Shown here piece by piece: positions 29,912-39,133 of a DNA stretch of 64,000 nt (within the stretch, counting starts at the first letter, position 1; each line of letters begins with the position of its first letter). A model generated the notes under the pieces. That model did not search any database. It saw only the letters and a program-made list of their open reading frames with translations, and had not been told where the DNA came from. The translations under genes and the position numbers were made by a program. Origin of the DNA: a virus (lineage: Duplodnaviria > Caudoviricetes). The stretch spans positions 32,001-96,000 of IMG/VR virus record IMGVR_UViG_3300037127_000056, one strand, 5' to 3'.

Positions 29912-30559
29912 ATGAATGATGACGCATTGATGGCCGGCATCTACGAGAGCATGGTTGATCTCCTGGGACTCTCAACGGACCCCTTTGACCCGAAGTCACC
30001 CAAGGCGCTGACGGACGCCCTAGCCCTTGCCCTCATACGGCCGGAGAAGCGTGCCAAGGCGGTCCTGGAGTCGGCTACGGATTGGCCTCTGCACATAGTC
30101 ATTCGGTACCTTGTCACGCATTCTCCGATATACGTTAGACCCACCGGATGGGGCACGTATGTCCCGGGATCGTCGAGATGGAACACACCGGACACGTTGG
30201 TCACCACATTCGACTGGCTCATCGATAACGGGCGGGATGACCTCGTACAAGACGCCATGCTCTGGGGTGAGACGCAATGGGCAGTTGGGTTGTATGCCGG
30301 CGATGACCTTCTGGGGCGATACAAAGTATCGCAATCATCCACCATGTTCTCGTATGGATATGTAAGGGACGCGTCGGTCCCTTCGGGAACACGGTCTCAA
30401 ATCATCGATGACGATTCTATTTATAGGACCATCGTCGTCACACATCGAGACACTGATGCCGACTACTCCGTCTATAGTATCGACACGGTCAAACAGATAC
30501 TTGTTAAAACGGCACATAGTCCGGTTTACAACTGCTCTTGGATTGACATCATCCACTGA
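29912..30559 (+). CDS. Hypothetical protein
   Basis: 215-aa ORF with TAGGTT just upstream. Confidence 0.55.
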   Translation: MNDDALMAGIYESMVDLLGLSTDPFDPKSPKALTDALALALIRPEKRAKAVLESATDWPLHIVIRYLVTHSPIYVRPTGWGTYVPGSSRWNTPDTLVTTFDWLIDNGRDDLVQDAMLWGETQWAVGLYAGDDLLGRYKVSQSSTMFSYGYVRDASVPSGTRSQIIDDDSIYRTIVVTHRDTDADYSVYSIDTVKQILVKTAHSPVYNCSWIDIIH

Positions 30560-31097
30560 GTCCTCCGTCGAGTACTCGTAGTCGGGGTCGCGCTTTTCGT
30601 TCCCGGAGCCACCGGTAGATCGTTGACTTGCTGGCCCCGAGGTGTTTGCCTCGGACGTCGTACCAATGCGCGACGGAGCCGTACTTTGCCTTCCCGGCGA
30701 TGGCGGCATCCACGATTTCCCGCCGGCGGGAATCACTGAATCGTCCTCCCCCATCAAGAACCACGTCGGTATCATCCAATTCGATAACCTCGGGGTCCGG
30801 CTCATCCCTCACCGAATGCATCACCGCGGCGACGAACTCACGGAACATCCATGGGTGCCGCTCAGATGCCGTTGACGGTCGCCTCCATGTACCGACCCTC
30901 TCTGGGTGCGGGACAACACGGGCGCCGGCTACGGCTCGCTCAAGCTCACTGACGCCATTGAACGTCGCGGCGACCATCATGGTTCCAGCCACGGACATCC
31001 GCAACACGATTCGCCCACCGACGAGAGTTTCGGTTGTGAACAGCCGGCCTCGCGAAGTCTTGAACCTATCACCGGGCTTGTACTTGTACACATGCAT
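30549..31097 (-). CDS. Protein with C-terminal HTH
   Basis: HLGASKSTIYRWLR. Confidence 0.6.
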   Translation of the reverse strand: MHVYKYKPGDRFKTSRGRLFTTETLVGGRIVLRMSVAGTMMVAATFNGVSELERAVAGARVVPHPERVGTWRRPSTASERHPWMFREFVAAVMHSVRDEPDPEVIELDDTDVVLDGGGRFSDSRRREIVDAAIAGKAKYGSVAHWYDVRGKHLGASKSTIYRWLRERKARPRLRVLDGGLSG

Positions 31098-31153
31098 CCC
31101 GTAAGCCTATACGAATCCATCGTAAAGGGCAACCCTGAGCTACATTCATTGAT

Positions 31154-31738
31154 ATGTCGGATTGGGTATGTGGGTGCGGTGCCGACCGAATTTTGCTTGA
31201 CTTCAGGGGGCGGCCGTTCCGAGGATGTTCGAGGTACCCGGAGTGCAAGGACACGGCTCGCGGCACCCCATGGGATCGCGCAATCTCAGTCTACGCGAAG
31301 CGGGCGCCACGGCTTGCCAACGGTCGTGTCGTCGCCGGCCTGGACTACGGCTACACGGTGTGCAAGATTTTGCGCGCCGCGGAGTCTCGTCTCGTGATCG
31401 TGACATTTTCAATCGGCGATGATGGCATGGTTGATGCATTGGTGAACGATGCCATTGACCGCGGCGTTGATGTCGAAGTATGGGCCGGCGGTGTCGCCCG
31501 GAAACAAGGTCAACGGCTCAGTGATCTCGGCGCCCGCGTATGGTTACCGAAGCCGGGAACCAACTTGCATGCCAAGTTCATCGTCGCCGATGGTCTCGTC
31601 GCGGTCGTCGGTTCCGCGAACCTGGCGCAGACCAGTTTGACCCGCAACCTAGAGGTCGGCGTGATCTCGACCAAGGATGTCTCGATGTGGGCGGGGCAAT
31701 GGCGGCGCGACGCCGTCCGACGATTCCGCGTGCTTTGA
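31154..31738 (+). CDS. Phospholipase D-family (single HKD) nuclease with N-terminal topoisomerase-type Zn ribbon
   Basis: CGCG...FRGCSRYPEC; LHAKFIVADG...VGSANL...NLEVG. Confidence 0.85.
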   Translation: MSDWVCGCGADRILLDFRGRPFRGCSRYPECKDTARGTPWDRAISVYAKRAPRLANGRVVAGLDYGYTVCKILRAAESRLVIVTFSIGDDGMVDALVNDAIDRGVDVEVWAGGVARKQGQRLSDLGARVWLPKPGTNLHAKFIVADGLVAVVGSANLAQTSLTRNLEVGVISTKDVSMWAGQWRRDAVRRFRVL

Positions 31739-31777
31739 CCTTGATTTCCCGCCGGCGGGAATGCTAGTGTCGCCGGT

Positions 31778-33871
31778 ATGAGTAACAAACGCTACATCAA
31801 AGAGCGGGACCTTCCGGCAGAACTCGAACCCATCGACGCCGTCACGATCGGCTATGGTCCCCAACTGACGCGCGCCGCGGATGCGTTGGTCCGCGGCCAG
31901 CACGTCTTGATCTCAACGGACTTGATGGTCTCGACGTTCGTATCACAGATCATCTCGGACCGTCTCAAGAATCAAGACCAGAGTCTCGCGGACCGCATCC
32001 GCTACATCGACTCGGCACCCCTACCAGAGATGGAAGGTGCCGCACCGTCTCAGGTCATGATGGCAAAGATTCGAATGGCCATCAACAACCCGCCCGCGGA
32101 CGATTCGCCACCGATCATCATGATCCCGTTCCTCGGTGTGTTGGTGTCCGGCTCCGGCAGCCTCACCATGGAAGCTCGGCAGTTCGCGCAGCTCGTGGGC
32201 GAGAACCCCGAGGAAGCGATCTGGTTCGCGTGCATGGACCGGAACATCGTCATCCCGGATTCGTTGTCGAAGATCTTTGGCCTCCATGAGCGTTGCGAGG
32301 GTATCGCCCGTGAGCGGTTGCCGCAACTGGTGACCCGCGAGCACGCCCGCAAGTTCTCGGCGGCACCGAATCGGTTCGACCCATTCGGCCTTCACCAGCT
32401 CGTGTCGGGCCTCAACCCGTTTTCTCTGATCAAGGCCCTCGACGCCGTCAACGTGGCGCCGTACATCGATCCCGATGGGGCGTACGACCAGCTCGCGGAA
32501 GCGGCCACCGACGCCGATGTCGAGCGCCCCGACATCGGTCTCGACGACGACATCGGCGGATACCAAGACGTCAAGGACAAGCTCAACGACGAGATCATCT
32601 CGTTCCTGGAGCGGCTCGACGAAATCGATGACCCCGTGGAGTACAAAAAGACCGAATCGATGATCCCCCGCGGCATCCTCCTACATGGCCCCCCGGGCAC
32701 CGGCAAGACGCTGTTCGCCAAAGCGCTCGCCACGGCCATCAATGGCGTCTGCATCGTCGTCAACGGCCCGGAGCTGAAGTCCAAGTTCGTTGGCGAGTCG
32801 GAAGAAAACATCCGACGGGTTTTCCGTCGAGCCCGCCGCAATGCACCCGCAGTGATCGTGTTCGACGAGATCGATAGCCTCGCCCCGGCTCGGGACATGT
32901 ACTCCGGCGGCAACGGGGTCACCCACGCCATGGTCAATCAGCTACTCACCGAACTCGACGGGTTCCGCAAGGATGAACTGGTGTTCGTCATCGGCACCAC
33001 AAACTTCCCGTCATCCCTGGACCCCGCCCTGCTTCGGGACGGACGGCTCGGACATCAGATCTATGTCGGGTACCCCGATGACGACGCCCGCCGCGCGATC
33101 CTGAATCTGTACAACGACAAGCAAGAGCTGGAGATCGATGACGACGCCATGACGACTCTTGTCCGGCGCACCGCAGGTCCAACTCCCAACACCGGCACCC
33201 GATACACCGGGGCTGCACTCGCCGGCCTGTGTAGCGCCCTGGCTCGCTACCGCATCCGCGAGCGCGTCAAAGGGGTGACCACGAAGGAACACATCGACGC
33301 CCTCTTCGATTCGATGGTCGATCGCCCGGATCTCAACGAGGGGGAGCGTCGTACCGTCGCCGTCCACGAAGCCGGTCATGCCGTCGTCGCACTGCACCTG
33401 GAGCACGCGCCGCCGATCAGCCGTGTGACGATCGAGGGGGATGTCTCCGGCGCTCTGGGCTACGTGGCGTTCGATGACCCCAAGGACAAGTATGTCCAGA
33501 CCAAGCCCGCACTACTCGACCGGATATGCACCATGCTCGGTGGCCGGGCCGCTGAGGAGGTTGTACTCAAGGTGGTGTGCGCCGGTGCCAGCGACGACAT
33601 CGCCCGCGCCACGCGACTGGCCACCGCCATGGTCACTCAACTGGGGATGGGTGCAAGCCTCGCAATGACTGGCGACACCAACGTCCCGGCGAGTGTCAGT
33701 GAAGCCCGCCACGCCGAGATCGAAGGTATCCTCAAGGCGCAGCTCACGCGCGCCAAGGGCCTGATCGAAACCTACGCCGCGGAGCACGCCGGCATGGTCG
33801 AGGTCCTACTCAACAACGGGTCCTACGAGGTCGGCGGCGACGGTGAGCTGCGCGTCGAGAAGGGGGCGTAA
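31778..33871 (+). CDS. Soluble FtsH-like AAA+ ATPase / M41 metalloprotease (no TM helices)
   Basis: GPPGTGKT, VFDEID, TNFPSSLDPALLRDGRL, HEAGH, LGGRAAEEV, GASDDI; ~250-aa hydrophilic N-terminus. Confidence 0.92.
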   Translation: MSNKRYIKERDLPAELEPIDAVTIGYGPQLTRAADALVRGQHVLISTDLMVSTFVSQIISDRLKNQDQSLADRIRYIDSAPLPEMEGAAPSQVMMAKIRMAINNPPADDSPPIIMIPFLGVLVSGSGSLTMEARQFAQLVGENPEEAIWFACMDRNIVIPDSLSKIFGLHERCEGIARERLPQLVTREHARKFSAAPNRFDPFGLHQLVSGLNPFSLIKALDAVNVAPYIDPDGAYDQLAEAATDADVERPDIGLDDDIGGYQDVKDKLNDEIISFLERLDEIDDPVEYKKTESMIPRGILLHGPPGTGKTLFAKALATAINGVCIVVNGPELKSKFVGESEENIRRVFRRARRNAPAVIVFDEIDSLAPARDMYSGGNGVTHAMVNQLLTELDGFRKDELVFVIGTTNFPSSLDPALLRDGRLGHQIYVGYPDDDARRAILNLYNDKQELEIDDDAMTTLVRRTAGPTPNTGTRYTGAALAGLCSALARYRIRERVKGVTTKEHIDALFDSMVDRPDLNEGERRTVAVHEAGHAVVALHLEHAPPISRVTIEGDVSGALGYVAFDDPKDKYVQTKPALLDRICTMLGGRAAEEVVLKVVCAGASDDIARATRLATAMVTQLGMGASLAMTGDTNVPASVSEARHAEIEGILKAQLTRAKGLIETYAAEHAGMVEVLLNNGSYEVGGDGELRVEKGA

Positions 33872-33873
33872 CG

Positions 33874-34350
33874 GTGAGGTATACCCGCCCGGCGTGGAAA
33901 ATTGGGTTCCCAGTCAACGGTTCGTCATCCGACCAAGTCGTCCCTGTAACTATGACCGACCCGGAAATGGTGTTCGGCATCACCGGCATCGCTGTACACC
34001 CCGACGACGACCGTTACCGCGACGTGGTCGGGCTCACCGTCAAGATCCCATTGTCCGACATGACGGCGCCCATCGTCGCTGACACGGGTCGCTCGATGCA
34101 ACATAACGACGGTACCGTTGCCGTAATCCCGGCTCACGAAAGCTACATCGGGTGTTCGCGTGGGGAACGCCTCGGGTTGCAGCTGGATCGCGTGGTATGC
34201 AGGTACGACATCCATGACGGCGGCGTACTCATCGCCCCTTCCCCGGTGAAGTATCAGGGCATGCACCTCTACGCCGCTCGCAAAGCGGTTGTCAATGACC
34301 TCAACGCGGGCGGGCATCTACTCGCGGTATACGCTAGCAGTATACGCTAG
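33874..34350 (+). CDS. Stand-alone valyl-tRNA synthetase editing (CP1) domain homolog, possibly frameshift-truncated
   Basis: PEMVFGITGIAVHPDDDRYRDVVG...IPL...PIVAD...PAHE...KYQGMHLYAARKAVVNDL. Confidence 0.75.
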   Translation: MRYTRPAWKIGFPVNGSSSDQVVPVTMTDPEMVFGITGIAVHPDDDRYRDVVGLTVKIPLSDMTAPIVADTGRSMQHNDGTVAVIPAHESYIGCSRGERLGLQLDRVVCRYDIHDGGVLIAPSPVKYQGMHLYAARKAVVNDLNAGGHLLAVYASSIR

Positions 34351-34537
34351 CGATGCGGGTGATGGCCACCAACGGGCGGTAGAGTTCGACGGGCCCTTGG
34401 AGCCCGGTGCCATCATCGCGCTCGCCGTGCTCAACGAGCGGGTCGTGACGGTGCTTGGTGACGGTGCCCCCTTGGAGTTCGTCGCCGCGAAATGACTTGT
34501 GTCGGCCGCGAGCCGGCTCCTATGTAGCGCCGGATTT

Positions 34538-34780
34538 CTAGGCCACCCGTGTCGCTCCGGTAGTGACGCATGCACCGGTGCGTGGTTCGGGCTCGCTCGG
34601 TGAGGGGGCATCCACTACAGATATCTCCTGGAGCGCGATCTTTCGAGCCGCCGCCCGCGCCGCGGCAATGGCATCGACCAAGTCCCGCCGGCGGGAATCG
34701 TCGCGGAAGAACTGGGGAATGGCGTCGCGCTCCACGAGGTCGCAGAGGTGGGTGATGGCTTGCTTCTGGTCTGGGGTCAT
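34538..34780 (-). CDS. Small hypothetical protein
   Basis: TAGCAT-N7-ATG. Confidence 0.5.
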   Translation of the reverse strand: MTPDQKQAITHLCDLVERDAIPQFFRDDSRRRDLVDAIAAARAAARKIALQEISVVDAPSPSEPEPRTGACVTTGATRVA

Positions 34781-34894
34781 GGCGGGGATGCTAGCACGAT
34801 GCGGGCGGGATGCAAAGACGTGGGACTCGACTGTTTTCCATAAGAAAATCCCGAATGGTTCCGGTCACTTAGAAAAAAGACCGAAGAAAGTGAC

Positions 34895-34986
34895 GAAAGT
34901 TGTTGATCCCAGGTCATGGATTCGCTATAAACAGAATCAAGGGGGACGACAGAGACCCCAGCAACACGAACACACAGGACAAGACA
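34895..34986 (+). promoter_or_regulatory. Leadered promoter, class 2 (copy A)
   Basis: A-rich upstream region, TTGATC...GCTATAAA, leader ATCAAGGGGGACG...ACCCC; matches 47197-47290 on the minus strand. Confidence 0.65.
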
Positions 34987-35235
34987 ATGACCCACACAAA
35001 TCTCGTTACGCTTCTCAGCAACCTTTCCCCCACGAAGTTCACGTTTGCCGTTGATTGGACTGGAACGTCGGATGTCAAGGTGTCGGTTCGTCGAGCCGGG
35101 TGGCCGGTTCACAACAGCTACGTTGCAGACGTGCTGGTAACCACCCGGGGGTGGATGTTCAACAAAACCTACACCGACGTCAACGACGTCGTCACCAACC
35201 TGAACAAAATGTTCGATCTCGTAGAGGGAATGTAA
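34987..35235 (+). CDS. Small hypothetical protein, probably early
   Basis: AGGA RBS, follows the class-2 leader. Confidence 0.6.
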   Translation: MTHTNLVTLLSNLSPTKFTFAVDWTGTSDVKVSVRRAGWPVHNSYVADVLVTTRGWMFNKTYTDVNDVVTNLNKMFDLVEGM

Positions 35236-35237
35236 TC

Positions 35238-35348
35238 ATGAACAAAGAACACACCGACCTCCCCGGCGAGCTTTCAGAATCCCCGCTCCAGGCCATCCCC
35301 AGCACCCCAATGGCCCCGGTTGACGACTCCGACGAGATCCCGTTCTAG
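35238..35348 (+). CDS. 36-aa peptide ending in an SSB-like acidic tail
   Basis: MNKEHTDLPGELSESPLQAIPSTPMAPVDDSDEIPF; GAGGG upstream. Confidence 0.55.
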   Translation: MNKEHTDLPGELSESPLQAIPSTPMAPVDDSDEIPF

Positions 35349-35374
35349 GATCCACGCACCGATACGATCACGCT

Positions 35375-35563
35375 ATGCGTTGGATGATCGTGTCTCTGTT
35401 TGTGATGGTTGTTGGTCTCGGTGCGTGCGATGGCAAGGTGTCGCCGGGGCCGGATGCTGGGATGGTTGATGCCGGGGCTGAGATGGATGCGGGCATGTCG
35501 GACGGGAACGTCCCATGGGTAGACGTGTCATGTCCAGACGCTGTTCCGTGGCGATGCAAGTGA
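35375..35563 (+). CDS. Small lipoprotein with DAG repeats
   Basis: Lipobox-like LGAC; PDAGMVDAGAEMDAGM. Confidence 0.55.
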   Translation: MRWMIVSLFVMVVGLGACDGKVSPGPDAGMVDAGAEMDAGMSDGNVPWVDVSCPDAVPWRCK

Positions 35564-35647
35564 TGTATGTACGAGGTAGCCGATGATTTTCTAGTGAAAT
35601 CGGCCATCTCATGTTGACATCTGGTGAGTAGTGCATATCATCTCATC

Positions 35648-36091
35648 ATGAAGTCAACGATAATTTTTGCGCTCATTCTCGGGGCCTGCGCCCCTACGTC
35701 ACCCATTGACGGCGATTGCATCCCCACGATGCGTTCGACCATTGTCGATGCAAGAGGTGGCACCTACGATCCCCGCTATCACGCGGTCCTACGACTCAAC
35801 AACACGGAGTCTGTGACCTGGACACCGACGGGTATCCCGATCAGTGATTCTGTATGCGCCATCACTCTCTATACCGTGGGTGATGGGCACGTCGAATACA
35901 CGGTCCATTCGAATGCCGTTGAGAATGGAAAGTTCAGCGGCATCGCCTCCGGCACGTTCGACGGAAACGGCCCGATCACTATTCCAATTGACGTACCGGA
36001 GCCGACCGAATTTGCGAACGTATCAGTGAACCTGAACGTGTTTCATGACAACCGGCTAATCACCGGTATGGATGTATGGACAGTGCGTTAG
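35648..36091 (+). CDS. Lipoprotein
   Basis: MKSTIIFALILGAC; TATCAT-N6-ATG. Confidence 0.65.
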   Translation: MKSTIIFALILGACAPTSPIDGDCIPTMRSTIVDARGGTYDPRYHAVLRLNNTESVTWTPTGIPISDSVCAITLYTVGDGHVEYTVHSNAVENGKFSGIASGTFDGNGPITIPIDVPEPTEFANVSVNLNVFHDNRLITGMDVWTVR

Positions 36092-36093
36092 CT

Positions 36094-37296
36094 TCAGATC
36101 ACGCTACGGTCCAGGGTGACCTTGACGAACAAGAATTTGTCGCCGGCATCCGCAGATTGAATATTGAAAAATATCGCGTCCGTTGCTGTCACGGTGTAGG
36201 GGAATGTCCCTCCATCGACGCCGGAATCTAGCAACGCGCTTTGTGGGCCAGCTCCAGACGCGGTTGACGCAAAAAGCGACGATGTCGTTGCGGCAGCCGA
36301 CGAAATGATCTCAAGACGGCCATCAGACGTCCCGACACCAGAATTTTTTACAACGAAGAATTCGAACGATTGGATCACGTCGCCAACTTGTACACCAGTG
36401 AGTGGGATCAGAATCGTCGTTCCCGCGGCACTCGCGACGAACGATTTGTTGGAATCCGCGTACGACACTGAGCCAGTTCCGAGTACAGCGTCACCCGCTA
36501 GAACTGCAGGCACCATGATCACCTTCGTGTTCGCCGCCGCTAGTTCATCGAGTTGTGTTCGCACTGTTCCAACTGAAAGTGGCGGCGCAGCCGCAGCCGC
36601 AATATCTGTTGCATCGAGACCGGCGATGACGTCAACATTCGTGCTGATCGCCGTCACCAGCTGATCCACGGCATCCACCACCGTCCCGGCATCAATATCA
36701 AGGTTCGTCGATGTCGCACGGATGGCGAAGTCCCGTCGCGTCTCGACATCGATACCCCCGGCAACCACCGGAGGCGAGGAATCCACGATCTGAATCGTCC
36801 CTTGCTCGATCCTCACGTCGGCGACGATGATGTCCGAGGTATCCACCGGGGGCTTGGTGGCCGCTCCGATGAGGGCCTCCGTCCCCTGGGTGACCACGAT
36901 CTCCGTCGCTTCGTCCTGGACATAGAACACGGGGTTCCCGTTGCCATCGGTGCGCTCATCGGACAGGGCGCGGGTGGCACGGAGGTAGATGGTGATCCAC
37001 TTCTCGTTGCCGCCCCCGAGGACGGCCGTGGGGATCCCGTCGGAGTCGAATTCGAGATCGACGGTCTGCGGGGAAGTGATCTCCAGGCGGGCCCCCTGTT
37101 TGTCGGTGCCGACGCCGGCTCCGAGTTCGACGGTGAGGTCGGGCGCCCCCTGCTGGGTGACGGTGAGCCCGCTGAAGATGCCGGTGTAGTCGGCGTCCAC
37201 GTTCTGATTGCGGTCCGCCTCTTCGGCGAGGTCGAACCATTCGTTGGCCTCTGGGGCTGTTACAAGGTGCTTAAAGTAGGTGATTCGACGCTGCAT
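36094..37296 (-). CDS. Putative tail / tail-fibre-associated virion protein
   Basis: GIFSGLTVTQQGAPDLTVELGAGVGTDKQG N-terminus; compositionally different C-terminal half; AAGGA RBS. Confidence 0.6.
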   Translation of the reverse strand: MQRRITYFKHLVTAPEANEWFDLAEEADRNQNVDADYTGIFSGLTVTQQGAPDLTVELGAGVGTDKQGARLEITSPQTVDLEFDSDGIPTAVLGGGNEKWITIYLRATRALSDERTDGNGNPVFYVQDEATEIVVTQGTEALIGAATKPPVDTSDIIVADVRIEQGTIQIVDSSPPVVAGGIDVETRRDFAIRATSTNLDIDAGTVVDAVDQLVTAISTNVDVIAGLDATDIAAAAAPPLSVGTVRTQLDELAAANTKVIMVPAVLAGDAVLGTGSVSYADSNKSFVASAAGTTILIPLTGVQVGDVIQSFEFFVVKNSGVGTSDGRLEIISSAAATTSSLFASTASGAGPQSALLDSGVDGGTFPYTVTATDAIFFNIQSADAGDKFLFVKVTLDRSVI

Positions 37297-37480
37297 ACAC
37301 TTCCTTACATGTAGGTGTGAGCCCTACATCGTCTGGGTTGTGGGTTCGGCGGCCCGGTGATGTATGCATCCATTATAGGGACCGACGTCATCACCCATAG
37401 ACGCGATCGTCGCTACGCCGTCCGTAGAAGCCGCCGAACTTCACTTGACACCACCCTCCGCCCCATCATACGATACCCCA

Positions 37481-38065
37481 ATGAAAGACCGCATCTTCGC
37501 AGAATTCACAGACCACGAGCGCGACCTGTTCCAGCTATCCGAATCTCAGGACATTGACAGCAAGCTCAGGATCACTCTGAAATCCGCCATCGACGTCTAC
37601 ATCTACGCGATCAAAGACCGACTCAGAGCAGCCGACCTGGAAACGATCCGGGCCGCCGTCAAGCCGTGCCCCTTCTGTACCGGCAAGCCCGTCGTCGAAA
37701 CGCTCACGGGCGGTGATGGCGGCGATGGCCTCTACAGGTTCGAGGCGGCACCATACCGCGTCGAGTGCAATGAATGCTCCCACAGCAGCCGGCAGGTATC
37801 GACGGACCCGCAAGTGGTGATCGACGAATGGAATGGCGTGTTCTTCGTCCGCCGCGGGACGACCGACGAATCCGACCGTGATACCCTCACCGCGCGGATC
37901 GCTACCGCCGTCGAGCTGGCCGCCAGTTATGGGAACGTGAAGACTCGACACAAGACGCAATGGCTGATCGACCAAATGCTGCGCGCACTTCTCGACGATG
38001 CCGGCTACGAAGAGTTCGTGGCGCGATGCGGGCCCGACGGGTGGTGGGTCGGCTCCGAATCGTGA
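37481..38065 (+). CDS. Lar-like Zn-ribbon-containing protein
   Basis: KPCPFC...VECNEC...IDEWN; TTGACA-N18-TACGAT-N6-ATG. Confidence 0.65.
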   Translation: MKDRIFAEFTDHERDLFQLSESQDIDSKLRITLKSAIDVYIYAIKDRLRAADLETIRAAVKPCPFCTGKPVVETLTGGDGGDGLYRFEAAPYRVECNECSHSSRQVSTDPQVVIDEWNGVFFVRRGTTDESDRDTLTARIATAVELAASYGNVKTRHKTQWLIDQMLRALLDDAGYEEFVARCGPDGWWVGSES

Positions 38066-38109
38066 TTGGTGCCCTTGACCTCGTATCGCGCCCATGATAC
38101 TGTCCTGAC

Positions 38110-38418
38110 ATGACCTATCCCCAGGTAGTTCGCTCCATCGAACAAGAATTTGTCAAGCATGGCTGTACCGTCATCTGTCACGGTTGGGTGACCTCTTCAA
38201 CTGGCCGCGTATGGAACATCCATGTCATCGAACCCACGGCACTTCATGGACCCGGTTCATTCTCGATCGATGAGCTGAAGTGCTATCGCCCCGACGGGTA
38301 CTTGAATCATTCGTCCTACGAACGGGACGTGGTGAGGCGTGTCGGCCTGACGGCTCAGGGACCGACGCGGACGACACCGGAGAACATCGTAGCGATGGTC
38401 GCATCAGCGGTGAGCTGA
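38110..38418 (+). CDS. Hypothetical protein
   Basis: TTGACC...TACTGT-N6-ATG. Confidence 0.5.
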   Translation: MTYPQVVRSIEQEFVKHGCTVICHGWVTSSTGRVWNIHVIEPTALHGPGSFSIDELKCYRPDGYLNHSSYERDVVRRVGLTAQGPTRTTPENIVAMVASAVS

Positions 38419-38572
38419 TCGCCCCACCCTGTGCAGACGTTCGACAAGACGCGTGTGACTTGCGCCGCGTGTCTAGACTTCCATTTCCCGCTGGCGGGAA
38501 AGTCTCCGAGCGACTGAGACCCAGCTCATCGCGTGGGCACGTCACATCCCACCAGACGCCCTCAGCCGCCCG

Positions 38573-39133
38573 TCACTCGACGATTTCTTTGGCGATGTCC
38601 CCAACCCCCGCGTCGTCACAGAAGCACGTGACGGTCTTTAGAACGTCGAGGTTGATGCCCGCTTGGTCGAGGATGAGGACGGCGAGGGCCGCGTACTCTT
38701 CGGGGTGAAGGGCTTCGGGGATCAGGTCTTCGAGTGTCTTGATGGTGTTCATGGGGTGACTATCGCACATCACCCACTGGGGCGACAAGCGGAATCGGTA
38801 CGCCGGTGTGACGAATGTCGAGAATTCCGCGAGGTGCGCTTTGGCGTCGCGAGCAACAGCACGGAGCCGCTCGTGGATGTAGCCGCCGTTGTAGACCCGC
38901 TGAGTCCCATGTTGTCCGCAAGCGATGCCGTAGGTGCCCGGGCCCGCCCATGCTTCGTCAACCAGCTCATCGATGTTAGCCTCACGCTCGTGCTCAAGGC
39001 CGCCACAATACTCCGGCGGGTTGACGCGGGCTCGCAGGTCGGCGCGGGTGGCGAAGTGCTCGAACTCGATGTGATCGACGTCATCATCGAAGACCACGTG
39101 GAAGGCGGCGGGGATGGTTTGGTCATTGCTCAT
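38573..39133 (-). CDS. Hypothetical protein
   Basis: TTGACG-N18-TACCAT-N7-ATG adjacent to element copy 2. Confidence 0.6.
   Translation of the reverse strand: MSNDQTIPAAFHVVFDDDVDHIEFEHFATRADLRARVNPPEYCGGLEHEREANIDELVDEAWAGPGTYGIACGQHGTQRVYNGGYIHERLRAVARDAKAHLAEFSTFVTPAYRFRLSPQWVMCDSHPMNTIKTLEDLIPEALHPEEYAALAVLILDQAGINLDVLKTVTCFCDDAGVGDIAKEIVE

Noticed and set aside
31778-33871. Housekeeping ftsH, implying host chromosome
   Set aside because: No N-terminal transmembrane helices, no tilS/hpt/folP context, and a phage-type promoter containing the phage palindrome.
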